Positions 19,049-29,216 are shown, counted from the first letter of the stretch. The stretch: 63,826 nucleotides of DNA from Candidatus Zixiibacteriota bacterium (GCA_029932605.1 JAOZPT010000008.1:1-63826), one strand, 5' to 3'. Program-made: numbers and translations. The notes: generated by a model from the sequence alone, not told the origin.

Positions 19049-20446
19049 ATGCATTATAATAATGTGAAGACAAGTAAACAGGCTGCTTTGTTTGTCGCTA
19101 CCATGACCTCGTTTCTTAGTCCTTTTATGGGATCATCGGTCAATGTCGCTCTTCCCACTATCGGTAGAGAATTTTCGATGGAAGCGATACAATTGAGCTG
19201 GGTTGCAACATCATTTCTTCTGGCGGCGTCTATATTTTTAATACCGTTCGGTCGGCTGGCGGATATTTATGGCAGGAAAAAGATATTTTTACGAGGTGTT
19301 TTCGTTTTTACGATCTCATCGGTTCTGACAGCGATGTCGATTTCGGGTTTGATGATTATCCTTTGCCGGGCGCTTCAGGGAATCGGTGCTTCGATGATAT
19401 TTGGCACGGGAGTGGCTATTTTAACCTCGGTTTTTCCGGCTGGAGAACGGGGAAGAGTTCTTGGTATCAATGTTGCCGCAGTTTACATTGGGCTTTCATT
19501 AGGACCATTTATTGGCGGCCTTATCACCCAGCATCTTGGTTGGCGTTACATATTCTGGATGAATCTACCTTTGGGGTTTTTAATACTGGCGGTAGGCTTC
19601 TGGAAACTCAAGGGTGAATGGGCAGAGGCAAAGGGAGCCAGGTTTGATTATGCCAGTGCGCTTATTTTAGGGTTTGCATTGGTGTTGTTAATGTATGGTT
19701 TTTCAAGACTGACATCGATAACCGGAGCAATCCTGACGACCTCGGGGATTATAGTCCTGGTTTTTTTCGTAATGTATGAATTAAAGATTGAAAGCCCGCT
19801 GGTGGATATAAAGTTATTCCGCAATAACACCGTCTTCGCTTTTTCCAACATGGCAGCTTTGATAAATTACAGCGCCACTTTTGCAATTTCTTTTCTTTTG
19901 AGTCTGTATTTACAATATATAAAAGGACTAAGCCCGCAGCAGGCGGGATTCGTTTTGGTCACCCAACCAATAATACAGGCGTTTTTCTCGCCTATTGCCG
20001 GCAGGATTTCAGATAAGATTGAACCCCGCACAGTAGCTTCGCTGGGTATGGCCTTAACCTGCGCCGGACTGATATTGCTTACTTTCCTGGGCGATGATTC
20101 TACACTGAGGTTCATTATACTTTGCCTTCTAATACTTGGCCTTGGCTTTGCTCTTTTTTCGTCGCCCAACACCAACGCCATAATGGGTTCGGTTGAAAAA
20201 CAATTTTACGGAGTGGCCTCTGCTATGGTGAGCACCATGAGAAACATGGGTATGATGTTTTCAATGGGAATTGTAATGATAATCTTTGCAATCTATATAG
20301 GTCAGGTTAAGATCGTCCCTGAATGTTATCCGTTTTTCGTAAAGAGCGTCAGGGTTGCTTTTGTCGTTTTTGCGGTGATATGTTTCGGCGGGATATTCGC
20401 CTCGCTGGCGCGGGGGAAGATGAATCGGGGAAAGAAAGAAGGCTAA
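19049..20446 (+). CDS. MFS transporter, DHA2/EmrB-like (14 TMS)
   Basis: 465 aa, highly hydrophobic, with MFS motif A-like GRLADIYGRKKIF and motif C-like GIGASMIFGTGVAIL. Confidence 0.85.
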   Translation: MHYNNVKTSKQAALFVATMTSFLSPFMGSSVNVALPTIGREFSMEAIQLSWVATSFLLAASIFLIPFGRLADIYGRKKIFLRGVFVFTISSVLTAMSISGLMIILCRALQGIGASMIFGTGVAILTSVFPAGERGRVLGINVAAVYIGLSLGPFIGGLITQHLGWRYIFWMNLPLGFLILAVGFWKLKGEWAEAKGARFDYASALILGFALVLLMYGFSRLTSITGAILTTSGIIVLVFFVMYELKIESPLVDIKLFRNNTVFAFSNMAALINYSATFAISFLLSLYLQYIKGLSPQQAGFVLVTQPIIQAFFSPIAGRISDKIEPRTVASLGMALTCAGLILLTFLGDDSTLRFIILCLLILGLGFALFSSPNTNAIMGSVEKQFYGVASAMVSTMRNMGMMFSMGIVMIIFAIYIGQVKIVPECYPFFVKSVRVAFVVFAVICFGGIFASLARGKMNRGKKEG

Positions 20447-20507
20447 TATCTTGTTAAGAGCAAGAATAGCTGATGGGTCTTCTTATAGTCTGTTTCATTG
20501 TTTGATT

Positions 20508-20535
20508 GTAGGGGCGTATTGCAATACGCTCCTAC
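20508..20535. repeat. GC-rich 28-nt palindrome (REP-like hairpin)
   Basis: GTAGGGGCGTATTGCAATACGCTCCTAC has 12 bp of complementary arms (one G-T) around the central TGCA (fully base-complementary, 14 bp; a folded RNA hairpin leaves the central 4 nt as loop), in an otherwise AT-rich spacer 60 nt after the MFS stop. Confidence 0.6.
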
Positions 20536-20819
20536 CGCCTTCTTCGTATGCAATCATAATAGGTGAACTTGTAACCAGTTAATCCAAAATTATTAATAGG
20601 AATAGTAGATATTTATAGTATTCTTTTTAATGATTGAATAAAAGCAATAACTTGATATAAATAACCTGTATAAAGGGTAGTAATAGCACTGCCAATACGG
20701 CAGTTAAGATGTCTTATCGGCATTATTTCTGCCATATTGACAGTTAAATCATTTCACTTGGTTATCAATCTCTTGAAAAAATATATTGTAACTAACGTTA
20801 TGTAAATGACTTACACGAG

Positions 20820-20836
20820 TTGGCACAACCCTTGCT
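20820..20836 (+). promoter_or_regulatory. sigma54 (-24/-12) promoter
   Basis: TTGGCACAACCCTTGCT compared with the consensus TGGCACG-N4-TTGCW. GG is at 20822-20823 and GC at 20834-20835, exactly 12 nt apart. It lies 50 nt upstream of the hsp20 SD and ATG. Confidence 0.6.
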
Positions 20837-20885
20837 AAATGAATGGTTGGTTATGAATATGAAAGATAAAAAAAGGAGGAACCAA

Positions 20886-21242
20886 ATGTACTTAGAATTT
20901 TACTCACAAGTCTACGCACCGCCGGTTGAGATAGAAGAATCCAAAAATGGTTATCGAATCTCAATGGAATTGCCAGGTAGCCTTCGCGATGACATCAAAG
21001 TATGGGCTGAACAGGGTATTCTTACTATCACCGGCGAGAAAAAAGCTCCTTTCAGTGATTCAGAAGAGGAAAAGGGTAGCAGGCTTATGGCTGAAAGGGT
21101 GTTTGGTAAGTTCTCAAGAAGCTTCCAGCTTCCAGAGGATGCGGATACGTCCAGAATAGAGGCAAATTTCGATAACGGCATTTTAACGGTGGAAATACCG
21201 AAAAGCGAAAAAGCTAAACCGAAAGATATCAGGATAAATTAA
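20886..21242 (+). CDS. small heat-shock protein, Hsp20/alpha-crystallin family
   Basis: The ATG at 20886 lies 6 nt after GGAGG (20875-20879). Alpha-crystallin segments are present (PPVEIEESKNGYRISMELPG, ILTITGEKK, FGKFSRSFQLPEDAD, ANFDNGILTVEIPK). The ORF-track start at 20820 falls inside the sigma54 promoter. Confidence 0.85.
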   Translation: MYLEFYSQVYAPPVEIEESKNGYRISMELPGSLRDDIKVWAEQGILTITGEKKAPFSDSEEEKGSRLMAERVFGKFSRSFQLPEDADTSRIEANFDNGILTVEIPKSEKAKPKDIRIN

Positions 21243-21263
21243 AAAAAAAAGGAGGTGTTAGCC

Positions 21264-21701
21264 ATGTTGAACATTGTAAAACGTGAACCGAGATATGGTT
21301 GGGGCCTTTTAAACCTTAGAGACGAGATGAATAGAATGTTCCACAACTTCTTTGATGAATACGACCAGAGGGAAAATTTCTGGGCTCCATCGGTTGATAT
21401 CGTAGAGGACAAGAATAAACTAACTCTTACTGCCGAGCTTCCCGGTGTGGACAAGAAAGATGTAAAGATCAGTATTCAAAATAATGTTCTGGTCATCGAA
21501 GGTGAGAAGAAACAGAAGACCGAAAAGAAAGAGGATAACTACTACCGCAGTGAGAGATTTTATGGCAAGTTCTGCAGAAGTTTCACACTTCCCTCGGAAT
21601 TAGATTCGGAGAAGATAGACGCTGATTACTCTAACGGTGTTTTGACTGTGACCTTGCCGAAATCTGATAAGGTAAAGCCCCGCCAGATTGAGATTAAGTA
21701 A
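21264..21701 (+). CDS. small heat-shock protein, Hsp20/alpha-crystallin family
   Basis: The ATG at 21264 lies 8 nt after GGAGG (21251-21255). Segments include PSVDIVEDKNKLTLTAELPGV, VLVIEGEKK, YGKFCRSFTLP and ADYSNGVLTVTLPK. Confidence 0.85.
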   Translation: MLNIVKREPRYGWGLLNLRDEMNRMFHNFFDEYDQRENFWAPSVDIVEDKNKLTLTAELPGVDKKDVKISIQNNVLVIEGEKKQKTEKKEDNYYRSERFYGKFCRSFTLPSELDSEKIDADYSNGVLTVTLPKSDKVKPRQIEIK

Positions 21702-21743
21702 GGTTCAAAGGAGATAGCCCTACATTTTTGTGGGGCTGTCAAG

Positions 21744-21773
21744 ACCGGCCTCTCGGGCTGGGGGGTCGGTTTT
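21744..21773 (+). terminator. intrinsic-terminator-like hairpin between hsp20 and dnaK
   Basis: ACCGGCCTCTC (21744-21754) pairs with GGGGGGTCGGT (21760-21770): 11 bp including 3 G-U pairs, loop GGGCT, followed by TTT. Confidence 0.4.
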
Positions 21774-21831
21774 GGCATAGAAAAACTGTTTTGACTCGGA
21801 AGAAAGGGAAAAAATAAGGAGGAATAAACAG

Positions 21832-23763
21832 ATGTCTAAAATAATAGGTATCGATCTAGGTACAACCAACTCATGTGTAGCGGTAATGGAGAGTGGTGAA
21901 CCAGTTGTAATAGTTAATTCGGAGGGATCCAGGACCACACCATCGGTTGTTGCTATTACTAAAAACGGTGAACGCTTGATAGGACAGCTGGCTAAACGCC
22001 AGGCGGTTACCAATCCGAGTAACACAGTCTTTTCTGTCAAAAGATTTATGGGCAGGAACTATTCGGAGGTAACCGAGGAGATTAAAAATTTCCCCTACAA
22101 GGTCAAACCCGGTAAAAATGGCGATTGCCGTATTATGATGTCTGGCAAAGAATATTCGCCACCAGAGATATCCGCGATGGTATTGCAGAAGATGAAGAAA
22201 ACAGCGGAGGATTATCTTGGCGAGAAAGTCACCAAAGCGGTTATCACGGTGCCGGCTTATTTTAACGATTCACAGAGGAAAGCTACTAAGGATGCTGGCA
22301 GGATTGCAGGCCTTGAGGTTTTGCGTATCATCAACGAGCCAACAGCTGCCTCTTTAGCTTATGGACTTGACAAGAAAGAAAATGAAAAAATCGCAGTGTA
22401 TGATTTAGGTGGAGGCACTTTCGATATATCTATCCTTGAAATAGGTGATGGAGTATTTGAGGTTCGTTCAACCAATGGCGATACTCATCTCGGGGGTGAT
22501 GATTTCGATAAACGTATCATTGATTATCTCATTTCAGAATTTAAAAAGTCTGATGGCATTGACCTATCGAAAGACCCGATGGCTTTACAGAGGCTTAAGG
22601 AGGCTGCTGAAAAAGCCAAAATCGAACTGTCATCAACGGGGGAAACCAACATAAATTTACCATTTATAACCGCTGATTCTTCAGGTCCTAAGCATTTGAA
22701 TATCACCTTGACCAGGTCTAAATTCGAACAGCTTGTGGGTGACCTAATCCAGCGCACAATTGAACCCTGTCGCAAGGCGTTAACCGATGCTAAACTTTCG
22801 CCATCCGAGATAGACGAGGTTGTTCTTGTTGGAGGTATGACCCGAATTCCTAAAGTGATTGAAACGGTAAAGGAATTTTTCGGTAAGGAACCCCACAAAG
22901 GTGTAAATCCCGACGAAGTAGTGGCTGTGGGGGCAGCTATACAGGCTGGCGTATTGGGTGGTGATGTTAAGGATGTACTCCTGTTGGATGTAACACCATT
23001 GTCGCTTGGTATCGAGACACTTGGCAATGTATTTACCAAGTTAATTGAACGTAATACTACTATTCCAACCAGAAAAGCCGAGATATTTTCAACAGCTGCT
23101 GATAACCAGACAACAGTTGAGATTCATGTCCTCCAGGGTGAGCGGCAGATGGCAATCGATAATAAAACAATCGGCAGGTTCCATCTTGATGGTATACCGC
23201 CAGCACCACGTGGTGTTCCGCAAATCGAGGTGGCCTTTGATATCGATGCAAACGGTATTCTTAATGTTTCTGCAAAGGATAAAGCAACCGGTCGTAAGCA
23301 ATCAATCAGGATTGAGACCTCATCCGGTCTTAGTGAGCAGGAAATCGAGAGGATGGTAAAGGAGGCTAAAGCCCACGAGGCAGAGGATAGGATCAAACGT
23401 GAGAAAATCGACACTATCAACCAAGCTGATTCGTTGGTTTATCAAACGGAAAAGAATTTAAAGGATTATGGAGATAAACTTGATGGCGGAGAAAAGGCTA
23501 AGGTACAGGTTGCGGTTGACCGTTTGAAGGATGCAATTAAACGTGAGGATTTAAACGAGGTTAAATCCGCCAGTGATGCTCTTCAGACGATATGGCATGA
23601 AGTTGCTGCAAAGATATATCAAACCCAAGGTGCCTATACACAAGCTGGATCAACCGCTGGTAGCGATGGTGATGATATGAGCAGCCGAAAAACTTCAGAG
23701 ACCAAAACCGATTCGGAAAAGAGAGATGATGCAGTCGATGCTGATTATGAAGTTGTAAATTAA
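21832..23763 (+). CDS. dnaK: molecular chaperone DnaK (Hsp70)
   Basis: [34 protein letters not shown] and an acidic C-terminal tail. AAGGAGG lies upstream. Confidence 0.97.
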   Translation: MSKIIGIDLGTTNSCVAVMESGEPVVIVNSEGSRTTPSVVAITKNGERLIGQLAKRQAVTNPSNTVFSVKRFMGRNYSEVTEEIKNFPYKVKPGKNGDCRIMMSGKEYSPPEISAMVLQKMKKTAEDYLGEKVTKAVITVPAYFNDSQRKATKDAGRIAGLEVLRIINEPTAASLAYGLDKKENEKIAVYDLGGGTFDISILEIGDGVFEVRSTNGDTHLGGDDFDKRIIDYLISEFKKSDGIDLSKDPMALQRLKEAAEKAKIELSSTGETNINLPFITADSSGPKHLNITLTRSKFEQLVGDLIQRTIEPCRKALTDAKLSPSEIDEVVLVGGMTRIPKVIETVKEFFGKEPHKGVNPDEVVAVGAAIQAGVLGGDVKDVLLLDVTPLSLGIETLGNVFTKLIERNTTIPTRKAEIFSTAADNQTTVEIHVLQGERQMAIDNKTIGRFHLDGIPPAPRGVPQIEVAFDIDANGILNVSAKDKATGRKQSIRIETSSGLSEQEIERMVKEAKAHEAEDRIKREKIDTINQADSLVYQTEKNLKDYGDKLDGGEKAKVQVAVDRLKDAIKREDLNEVKSASDALQTIWHEVAAKIYQTQGAYTQAGSTAGSDGDDMSSRKTSETKTDSEKRDDAVDADYEVVN

Positions 23764-23812
23764 AACAATAGAGTTAATGGCTCTTTTAAGATAGATAAGA
23801 GGTGAGCATAAG

Positions 23813-24055
23813 TTGCCTACTTATGAATATCAATGCCCGCAATGTGGCAAACGGTTTGAGGCTTTCAGGTTGATGACTGACCCTGATGCTTGTTGCCCTG
23901 TTTGTGGAATGAAGGCAAAACGGTTAATTTCAGCGGGGGCGGGTTTCCTGTTTAAGGGAACAGGGTTTTACATAACCGACTATCGAAGTCAGGAATACAA
24001 AAGAAAAGTTGAAATTGACAGGGGCAAGGAAAAGCCAACTAAAGAATCAGCCTGA
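23813..24055 (+). CDS. FmdB-family zinc-ribbon protein
   Basis: TTG start after GAGGTGAG. YEYQCPQCGKRFE...CPVCG... has the CxxC-N-CxxC signature of the FmdB/CxxC_CxxC_SSSS family. Confidence 0.75.
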   Translation: MPTYEYQCPQCGKRFEAFRLMTDPDACCPVCGMKAKRLISAGAGFLFKGTGFYITDYRSQEYKRKVEIDRGKEKPTKESA

Positions 24056-24056
24056 G

Positions 24057-24082
24057 AAGGAGGCTTTCATGCCTCCTTTTTT
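24057..24082 (+). terminator. rho-independent terminator
   Basis: AAGGAGGC (24057-24064), loop TTTCAT, GCCTCCTT, then a T6 tract ending at 24082. Confidence 0.7.
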
Positions 24083-24113
24083 GATGAAATACATCTATTT
24101 GTCGATAATACAT

Positions 24114-24142
24114 TTGACAGGGGCTTTTTTTAAAATTAAATT
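24114..24142 (+). promoter_or_regulatory. sigma70-type promoter TTGACA-N17-TAAATT
   Basis: TTGACA 24114-24119 and TAAATT 24137-24142. The ATG at 24158 is only 15 nt after the -10 element, and no SD lies between them. Confidence 0.45.
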
Positions 24143-24157
24143 TTATCGGGCAAAGCC

Positions 24158-24763
24158 ATGGAAAAAACAATGAAAAATTATTATGAAATGTTTGATATTC
24201 CGTATAATGCTGGACTCGACCAGATAAAATCAGCCTTCAGAAAAATGGTGAAGAAATATCATCCCGATGTTACACGTTTATCATCTGATGATTTCATAAA
24301 GCTCAAAGAAGCTTTTGATATATTAACCGACCCAAAAAGAAGACGGTTGTATGATGCTCAAATAGGTTTAAATCGGTTAGATGGCAACATTTATCGTAAA
24401 ATCAGAGTAAATGTACCATCAGAGAAAAGAGATGTTTATGACGATGTGGTTGATGTTTTTAAAGATTGGCTTAGAATACCATTTAGAAAGAAGCTCGCAT
24501 TTGAATTATATTTAAAAGATGATGAGTTTGAAAATGGCGCCCATGTAATTGTCAGTATCCCTCAGATAAAAATATGTCCATACTGTTTCGGTTTTGGTGG
24601 CACCATAATATCTGTATGTGATACCTGTAAAGGTAGTGGTGTCATTCGTTATAGCATAAATTCCAGGATTAGTCTAAAACCGCCGTTATTCCCTGGCCAG
24701 ATGTATCAGTTGAGACACAAAAACAACACATTACGGTTTAAGTTAAGAAGGAATGAGAGATGA
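24158..24763 (+). CDS. J-domain protein with a single CxxCxGxG zinc centre (truncated DnaJ-like)
   Basis: J domain with HPD (KKYHPDV). One zinc-finger pair, CPYCFGFGG...CDTCKGSG. There is no G/F region and the protein is only 201 aa. Confidence 0.75.
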   Translation: MEKTMKNYYEMFDIPYNAGLDQIKSAFRKMVKKYHPDVTRLSSDDFIKLKEAFDILTDPKRRRLYDAQIGLNRLDGNIYRKIRVNVPSEKRDVYDDVVDVFKDWLRIPFRKKLAFELYLKDDEFENGAHVIVSIPQIKICPYCFGFGGTIISVCDTCKGSGVIRYSINSRISLKPPLFPGQMYQLRHKNNTLRFKLRRNER

Positions 24764-25902
24764 CGGATTATTATAAAATACTCGGTGTTTCAGAAGACGC
24801 TACCACTGATGAGATAAAGAAAACATATCGCAAGTTAGCCAAAAGATATCATCCCGATGCTAACCCGAATGATAAACAGGCTGAGACGAGATTCAAAGAG
24901 ATTTCGGAGGCTTATAATGTGTTGTCTGATCCGAAAAAGAAACAGCAATATGATACCATGCGCAAATTTGGTGCAGGATATGGCGCAGGTGGGGCACAGA
25001 AAGGAGCTGCCGGATTTTCTTTTGATGATATAATGTCGATGTTTGGCGAGCGTTCGGGTTTTACAAAAGGTAGTCGATTTACCGGATTTGGTTCGTTTGC
25101 TGATATATTCTCCTCTATTTTTAGTGAAAAAGGGTTTGGTGGTTTTGCTGGTGGTGATTTCAAAACCGGTATGGCAGATGCACCTCGTAAGGGTGATGAT
25201 ATATTAGCTGATATCGAGATACCTTTTGAAGATGCTGTGAATGGTGGTAAGAAAACTATCAAAATAAATATCGAGCAACCCTGTGACCGGTGCCACGGAA
25301 GCGGTGTTACACCGGGGAGTAAGGCGACTGTTTGTCCTGAATGTAAGGGACGTGGTACAGTGACGTTTTCCCATGGTTCATTTGCCGTTTCCCGCCCCTG
25401 TCCGCGGTGCCTGGGAAGAGGGCAGATTACGGGAAATCCCTGCCGGAAATGCTCGGGTAGAGGGAAAATATTTGGCCCGAAGGTTGTAAAAATAAATATC
25501 CCGAGTGGAATAGAATCAGGTAAAAAAATACGACTGAAGGGTCTTGGTAATCCCGGAGTTAATGGAGGCCCACCGGGAGATCTGTATCTGAAAATTATCG
25601 TCAGTGGACATCAGTATTTCTGGCGTGAGGGCAAAGATATTTATTGTCGTGTGCCGATAAGTTTAAGACAGGCAATTCTTGGTGGAAAGATAAAAGTAAG
25701 AACGCTCACCAAACAAGTGGAACTTAAGATACCCCCGGGTACTTCCTCTGGACAACGATTTCGCCTTAAAGGCTTAGGATTGTCAGTAAATGGAGTTAGG
25801 GGTGATCAATATGTCGAGGTTAAAGTCGAGGTGCCTAAGAACCTTACTGAACAACAAAAACAGCTATTTGAAAAGTTCGCTGATAATGTAGGGTTAAACT
25901 GA
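24760..25902 (+). CDS. dnaJ: molecular chaperone DnaJ
   Basis: J domain (YHPDAN), a G/F-rich linker, four CxxCxGxG repeats and the C-terminal substrate-binding domains. It overlaps the upstream gene by 4 nt. Confidence 0.93.
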   Translation: MTDYYKILGVSEDATTDEIKKTYRKLAKRYHPDANPNDKQAETRFKEISEAYNVLSDPKKKQQYDTMRKFGAGYGAGGAQKGAAGFSFDDIMSMFGERSGFTKGSRFTGFGSFADIFSSIFSEKGFGGFAGGDFKTGMADAPRKGDDILADIEIPFEDAVNGGKKTIKINIEQPCDRCHGSGVTPGSKATVCPECKGRGTVTFSHGSFAVSRPCPRCLGRGQITGNPCRKCSGRGKIFGPKVVKINIPSGIESGKKIRLKGLGNPGVNGGPPGDLYLKIIVSGHQYFWREGKDIYCRVPISLRQAILGGKIKVRTLTKQVELKIPPGTSSGQRFRLKGLGLSVNGVRGDQYVEVKVEVPKNLTEQQKQLFEKFADNVGLN

Positions 25903-26007
25903 ATAGCGTAGATAGGTTGGTGCATTGTGGAGGTGGAAAAAGTTTATAGATGAAGGGTTTTTGTGAAAAAAATGTTAGAAAGTGGACGAAAAAGGAGTTA
26001 ATGGTAG

Positions 26008-28632
26008 ATGAAATTTGATAAGTTGACACAAAATTCACGTGAGGCTTTAGAGTATGCAACTCAGTTAGCCCAGTCTCATTCTCATTCTCAAGTTGAGGGT
26101 TTGCACCTTTTAAAAGCCCTTCTATCCCAAAGTGAGGGAATCACAGGTGATTTACTAAAAGAGGCTGGTATCAACATTGGGGCACTATCGTCGCAAATAG
26201 ATGATGCTCTCCAAATGCTTCCCCGGGTGAGCGGAGCAGCGCAAATATATATTTCAAACGAGCTTCACCAGGCGATTGAGGCGGCATTTGATTATGCCAA
26301 TCAGTTTAAAGATGAATTTGTATCCACTGAACATCTCCTCCTTGGACTTTTAGAGCAAAAACGAGATAAAGGCTCAGAGCTTTTGCAATCAAACGGCCTA
26401 TCTAAGGACAATCTGCTTTCAGGCTTATCTAAAATCAGAGGTAATCAGCGTGTCACCGATGACAATCCTGAGACGAAATATAAAGTTCTGGAAAAGTATT
26501 CAAGAGACCTTACAGCTCTGGCTCGTAAGGGGAAACTTGACCCGGTTATAGGTCGCGATGAAGAGATACGGAGAGTGCTAAAGATACTATCCCGCCGCAC
26601 CAAGAATAACCCTGTGTTGATAGGCGAACCAGGGGTTGGCAAGACAGCTATCGTTGAGGGGCTGGCGCTCAAGATTGCTACTAAAGAGGTGCCTCAGCCG
26701 ATAATGAACAAGCGTATTGTAGCTCTTGATTTGGGTTCACTGATTGCAGGTTCAAAGTTCAGGGGTGAGTTTGAGGAGCGTTTGAAGGCGATTTTAAAGG
26801 AGGTTGAGAATTCTCAGGGAGAGATAATCCTGTTTATCGATGAACTTCATACGATAGTCGGCGCTGGGGCTACTGAGGGTGCTATGGATGCCTCTAATAT
26901 GCTCAAACCGGCTCTTGCCCGTGGGGATTTAAGATGTATAGGTGCCACCACGCTTGATGAATACCGTAAACATGTCGAAAAAGACGCTGCCCTTGAAAGA
27001 CGTTTTGCTCCGGTGCTTATAGAACAACCATCGGTTGAGGATACGATTTCAATTTTGCGTGGTTTGAAGGAGCGATATGAGATTCACCATGGTATCAAGA
27101 TATCCGATGCTGCTATTATCGCCGCCGCCAGACTCTCTGATCGTTATATAACCGACCGGTTTTTGCCGGATAAAGCCATTGACCTTATTGATGAGGCTGC
27201 TGCCGAATTACGGCTTGAGATCGATTCCATGCCCGCGGAAATAGATGTCGTTGAAAAAAGAATTAAACAGCTCGAGGTGGAAAAGGAAGGGGTTAAAAAT
27301 GAAAAAGATGCCAAACAGCGTATTGCCCCGATCCAGAAAGAACTCGACGAGCTTTACAAAGAACGTGACAAATTAACTAAACAATGGCAGAAAGAAAAAG
27401 GGATTGTTGAGAGGATAAAATCTCTAAAAAAGAAAAAAGAGGATACCGCCCTGGAAATCGAGAATGCCATTCGCGATGCAGATTATGAAAAGGCAGCGAA
27501 ACTTCGTTATGGTATAACCAGCGAGATAAATAAAGAGCTGGAAAACCTGAACTCACAGCTTACTGAAATCCAAAAATCTGGTGGTATGCTTTCTGAAGAG
27601 ATAAAACCGGCTGATATTGCCGTTACGGTCTCCAAATGGACAGGAATACCGGTAACAGACCTTACCGAGGAGGAGTCTGATAAGCTTCTTCATTTGGAGG
27701 ATAGGATTCACCAACGTGTTATAGGGCAGCATGAGGCGGTGGAGGCTGTTGCTGATATCGTTCGCTCCTCGCGGGCCGGTTTATCTGACCCCAATAGGCC
27801 ATTAGGGTCGTTTATATTCCTTGGACCAACCGGCGTAGGTAAAACAGAACTTGCTCGAACATTGGCAGCGACTCTTTTCGGTTCGGAAAACGCTTTGATC
27901 CGAATCGATATGTCTGAGTATATGGAAAAATTTTCTGTTTCGCGGTTGATTGGCGCTCCCCCGGGTTATGTCGGCTACGAGGAGGGAGGACAACTTACTG
28001 AGGCAGTTCGGCGCCATCCCTACAGTGTAGTTCTTCTTGATGAGATAGAAAAAGCCCATCCTGAAGTGCATAATCTATTATTACAACTTCTGGATGACGG
28101 ACGGTTGACTGATAATCAGGGTCGCACTGTCAGTTTCAAAAATGTCATCGTTATCATGACTTCAAATATCGGTGCTGAGCGGATTATGGAAAAATCAGCC
28201 CGCATCAATGACCATAATCGTCAGGAAGTATACGATGAAATTAAGCAAGAGGTGATGGGAATGTTACGCCGAACCTTGAGACCCGAATTTTTAAACCGTA
28301 TCGATGAGATAGTGGTATTTGCATCGCTGACTAAAAACGAGATAAGAGAGATTGTCAAGCTGGAACTGAAAAGACTTGCCCAAAGGCTTGATGAACGCGA
28401 TATTAAAGTAGATTATACAGATGATGTGGTTGACTACCTTGCTGACCAGGGTTACGACCCACAATTTGGCGCTCGGCCGTTAAAACGTACAGTTAAAAAG
28501 TTGATTTCACAACCTATGGCAGAATTGATATTAAAAGGTGCTTTTAAGCCTGACGATATTGTCGGTATAAGTCTTACAGACGGTAAGTTGACATTTGAAA
28601 AGATAGAATCGGATGTAAAGGAAAAAGTGTAA
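26008..28632 (+). CDS. clpB: ATP-dependent chaperone ClpB
   Basis: 874 aa with two AAA modules ([16 protein letters not shown]) and a long coiled-coil middle domain. Confidence 0.95.
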   Translation: MKFDKLTQNSREALEYATQLAQSHSHSQVEGLHLLKALLSQSEGITGDLLKEAGINIGALSSQIDDALQMLPRVSGAAQIYISNELHQAIEAAFDYANQFKDEFVSTEHLLLGLLEQKRDKGSELLQSNGLSKDNLLSGLSKIRGNQRVTDDNPETKYKVLEKYSRDLTALARKGKLDPVIGRDEEIRRVLKILSRRTKNNPVLIGEPGVGKTAIVEGLALKIATKEVPQPIMNKRIVALDLGSLIAGSKFRGEFEERLKAILKEVENSQGEIILFIDELHTIVGAGATEGAMDASNMLKPALARGDLRCIGATTLDEYRKHVEKDAALERRFAPVLIEQPSVEDTISILRGLKERYEIHHGIKISDAAIIAAARLSDRYITDRFLPDKAIDLIDEAAAELRLEIDSMPAEIDVVEKRIKQLEVEKEGVKNEKDAKQRIAPIQKELDELYKERDKLTKQWQKEKGIVERIKSLKKKKEDTALEIENAIRDADYEKAAKLRYGITSEINKELENLNSQLTEIQKSGGMLSEEIKPADIAVTVSKWTGIPVTDLTEEESDKLLHLEDRIHQRVIGQHEAVEAVADIVRSSRAGLSDPNRPLGSFIFLGPTGVGKTELARTLAATLFGSENALIRIDMSEYMEKFSVSRLIGAPPGYVGYEEGGQLTEAVRRHPYSVVLLDEIEKAHPEVHNLLLQLLDDGRLTDNQGRTVSFKNVIVIMTSNIGAERIMEKSARINDHNRQEVYDEIKQEVMGMLRRTLRPEFLNRIDEIVVFASLTKNEIREIVKLELKRLAQRLDERDIKVDYTDDVVDYLADQGYDPQFGARPLKRTVKKLISQPMAELILKGAFKPDDIVGISLTDGKLTFEKIESDVKEKV

Positions 28633-28761
28633 TCATTATCATTTCGGATTTGCTTTAAGTGATTGAACAACTTATAGTTAATATACTTTTTTTGAAATAA
28701 TAGTGGAATTGGAATTAAGGTCTTGATTTTTAAGTAAAGAAATAATAATTTTGGAAAGGTT

Positions 28762-29151
28762 ATGGTTTACAAATCGTTTTGGTTGGTTTTGTGTATTCTT
28801 ACTATTGTTTTTTTAGGTTGCTCTAAAGAAACGCAGGTCATTAATGAAGAAACTCTTTTTGAACAAGCCAACAAAGCTCAGATGGTTCAAAATTATGGGC
28901 AAGCGGTTGACATTTATCAGAGGATAATAGATGATTACCCGGATAGTCCTAAACTCGATAAAGCACTATTTATGATCGGGTATATAAAGATGGAGAATCT
29001 CAACGAGAAAGAAGATGCTTTGAGTTATTTTAATCGGTTAATAGAGAAATATCCCGATTCAGACCTGGTAGATGATGCCCAATTCATGATTGAATCAATA
29101 GAATCAGGCAAAGATATCCTGTCGAAGTTTAAAAATAAAACCTCTCCTTAA
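28762..29151 (+). CDS. TPR lipoprotein (YbgF/BamD-like)
   Basis: Lipobox FLGC|S. Two ...YPDS... TPR-like units are present (IIDDYPDSPKLDKALFMIGY, LIEKYPDSDLVDDAQFMI). Confidence 0.55.
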   Translation: MVYKSFWLVLCILTIVFLGCSKETQVINEETLFEQANKAQMVQNYGQAVDIYQRIIDDYPDSPKLDKALFMIGYIKMENLNEKEDALSYFNRLIEKYPDSDLVDDAQFMIESIESGKDILSKFKNKTSP

Positions 29152-29216
29152 TATCAATAAAGCCCATGGCGTTGATATTTAGAAGTCTTTAAATCCTCAA
29201 AAGATGGGGTTTTTTA

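Noticed and set aside
20746-20774. TTGACA-N17-GGTTAT as a sigma70 promoter for hsp20.
   Set aside because: The -35 hexamer is perfect but the -10 matches only 3 of 6 positions. It is kept only as a weak alternative to the sigma54 promoter.
20820-20885. N-terminal extension of the first hsp20 ORF (track start TTG 20820).
   Set aside because: The extension begins inside the sigma54 -24 element and has no SD. The ATG at 20886 has GGAGG at ideal spacing and gives a normal Hsp20 N-terminus.
21241-21250. A10 homopolymer between the two hsp20 genes as a phase-variation tract.
   Set aside because: It lies in the non-coding spacer (apart from the stop codon) directly before the SD. It is more likely an A-rich translation-enhancing spacer, and length changes would not shift any reading frame.
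21771-21786. TGGCAT upstream of dnaK as a second sigma54 promoter.
   Set aside because: The position 12 nt downstream of the GG is CT rather than GC, so there is no -12 element.
20447-21831. CIRCE (TTAGCACTC-N9-GAGTGCTAA) or another HrcA-type operator upstream of hsp20 or dnaK.
   Set aside because: No match or near match was found by eye in either spacer.
22524-23039. 171-aa ORF antisense to dnaK, plus several shorter ORFs at 23060-23420.
   Set aside because: These are shadow ORFs inside a highly conserved gene. They have low-complexity Ser/Pro/Thr-rich translations and no SD or promoter.
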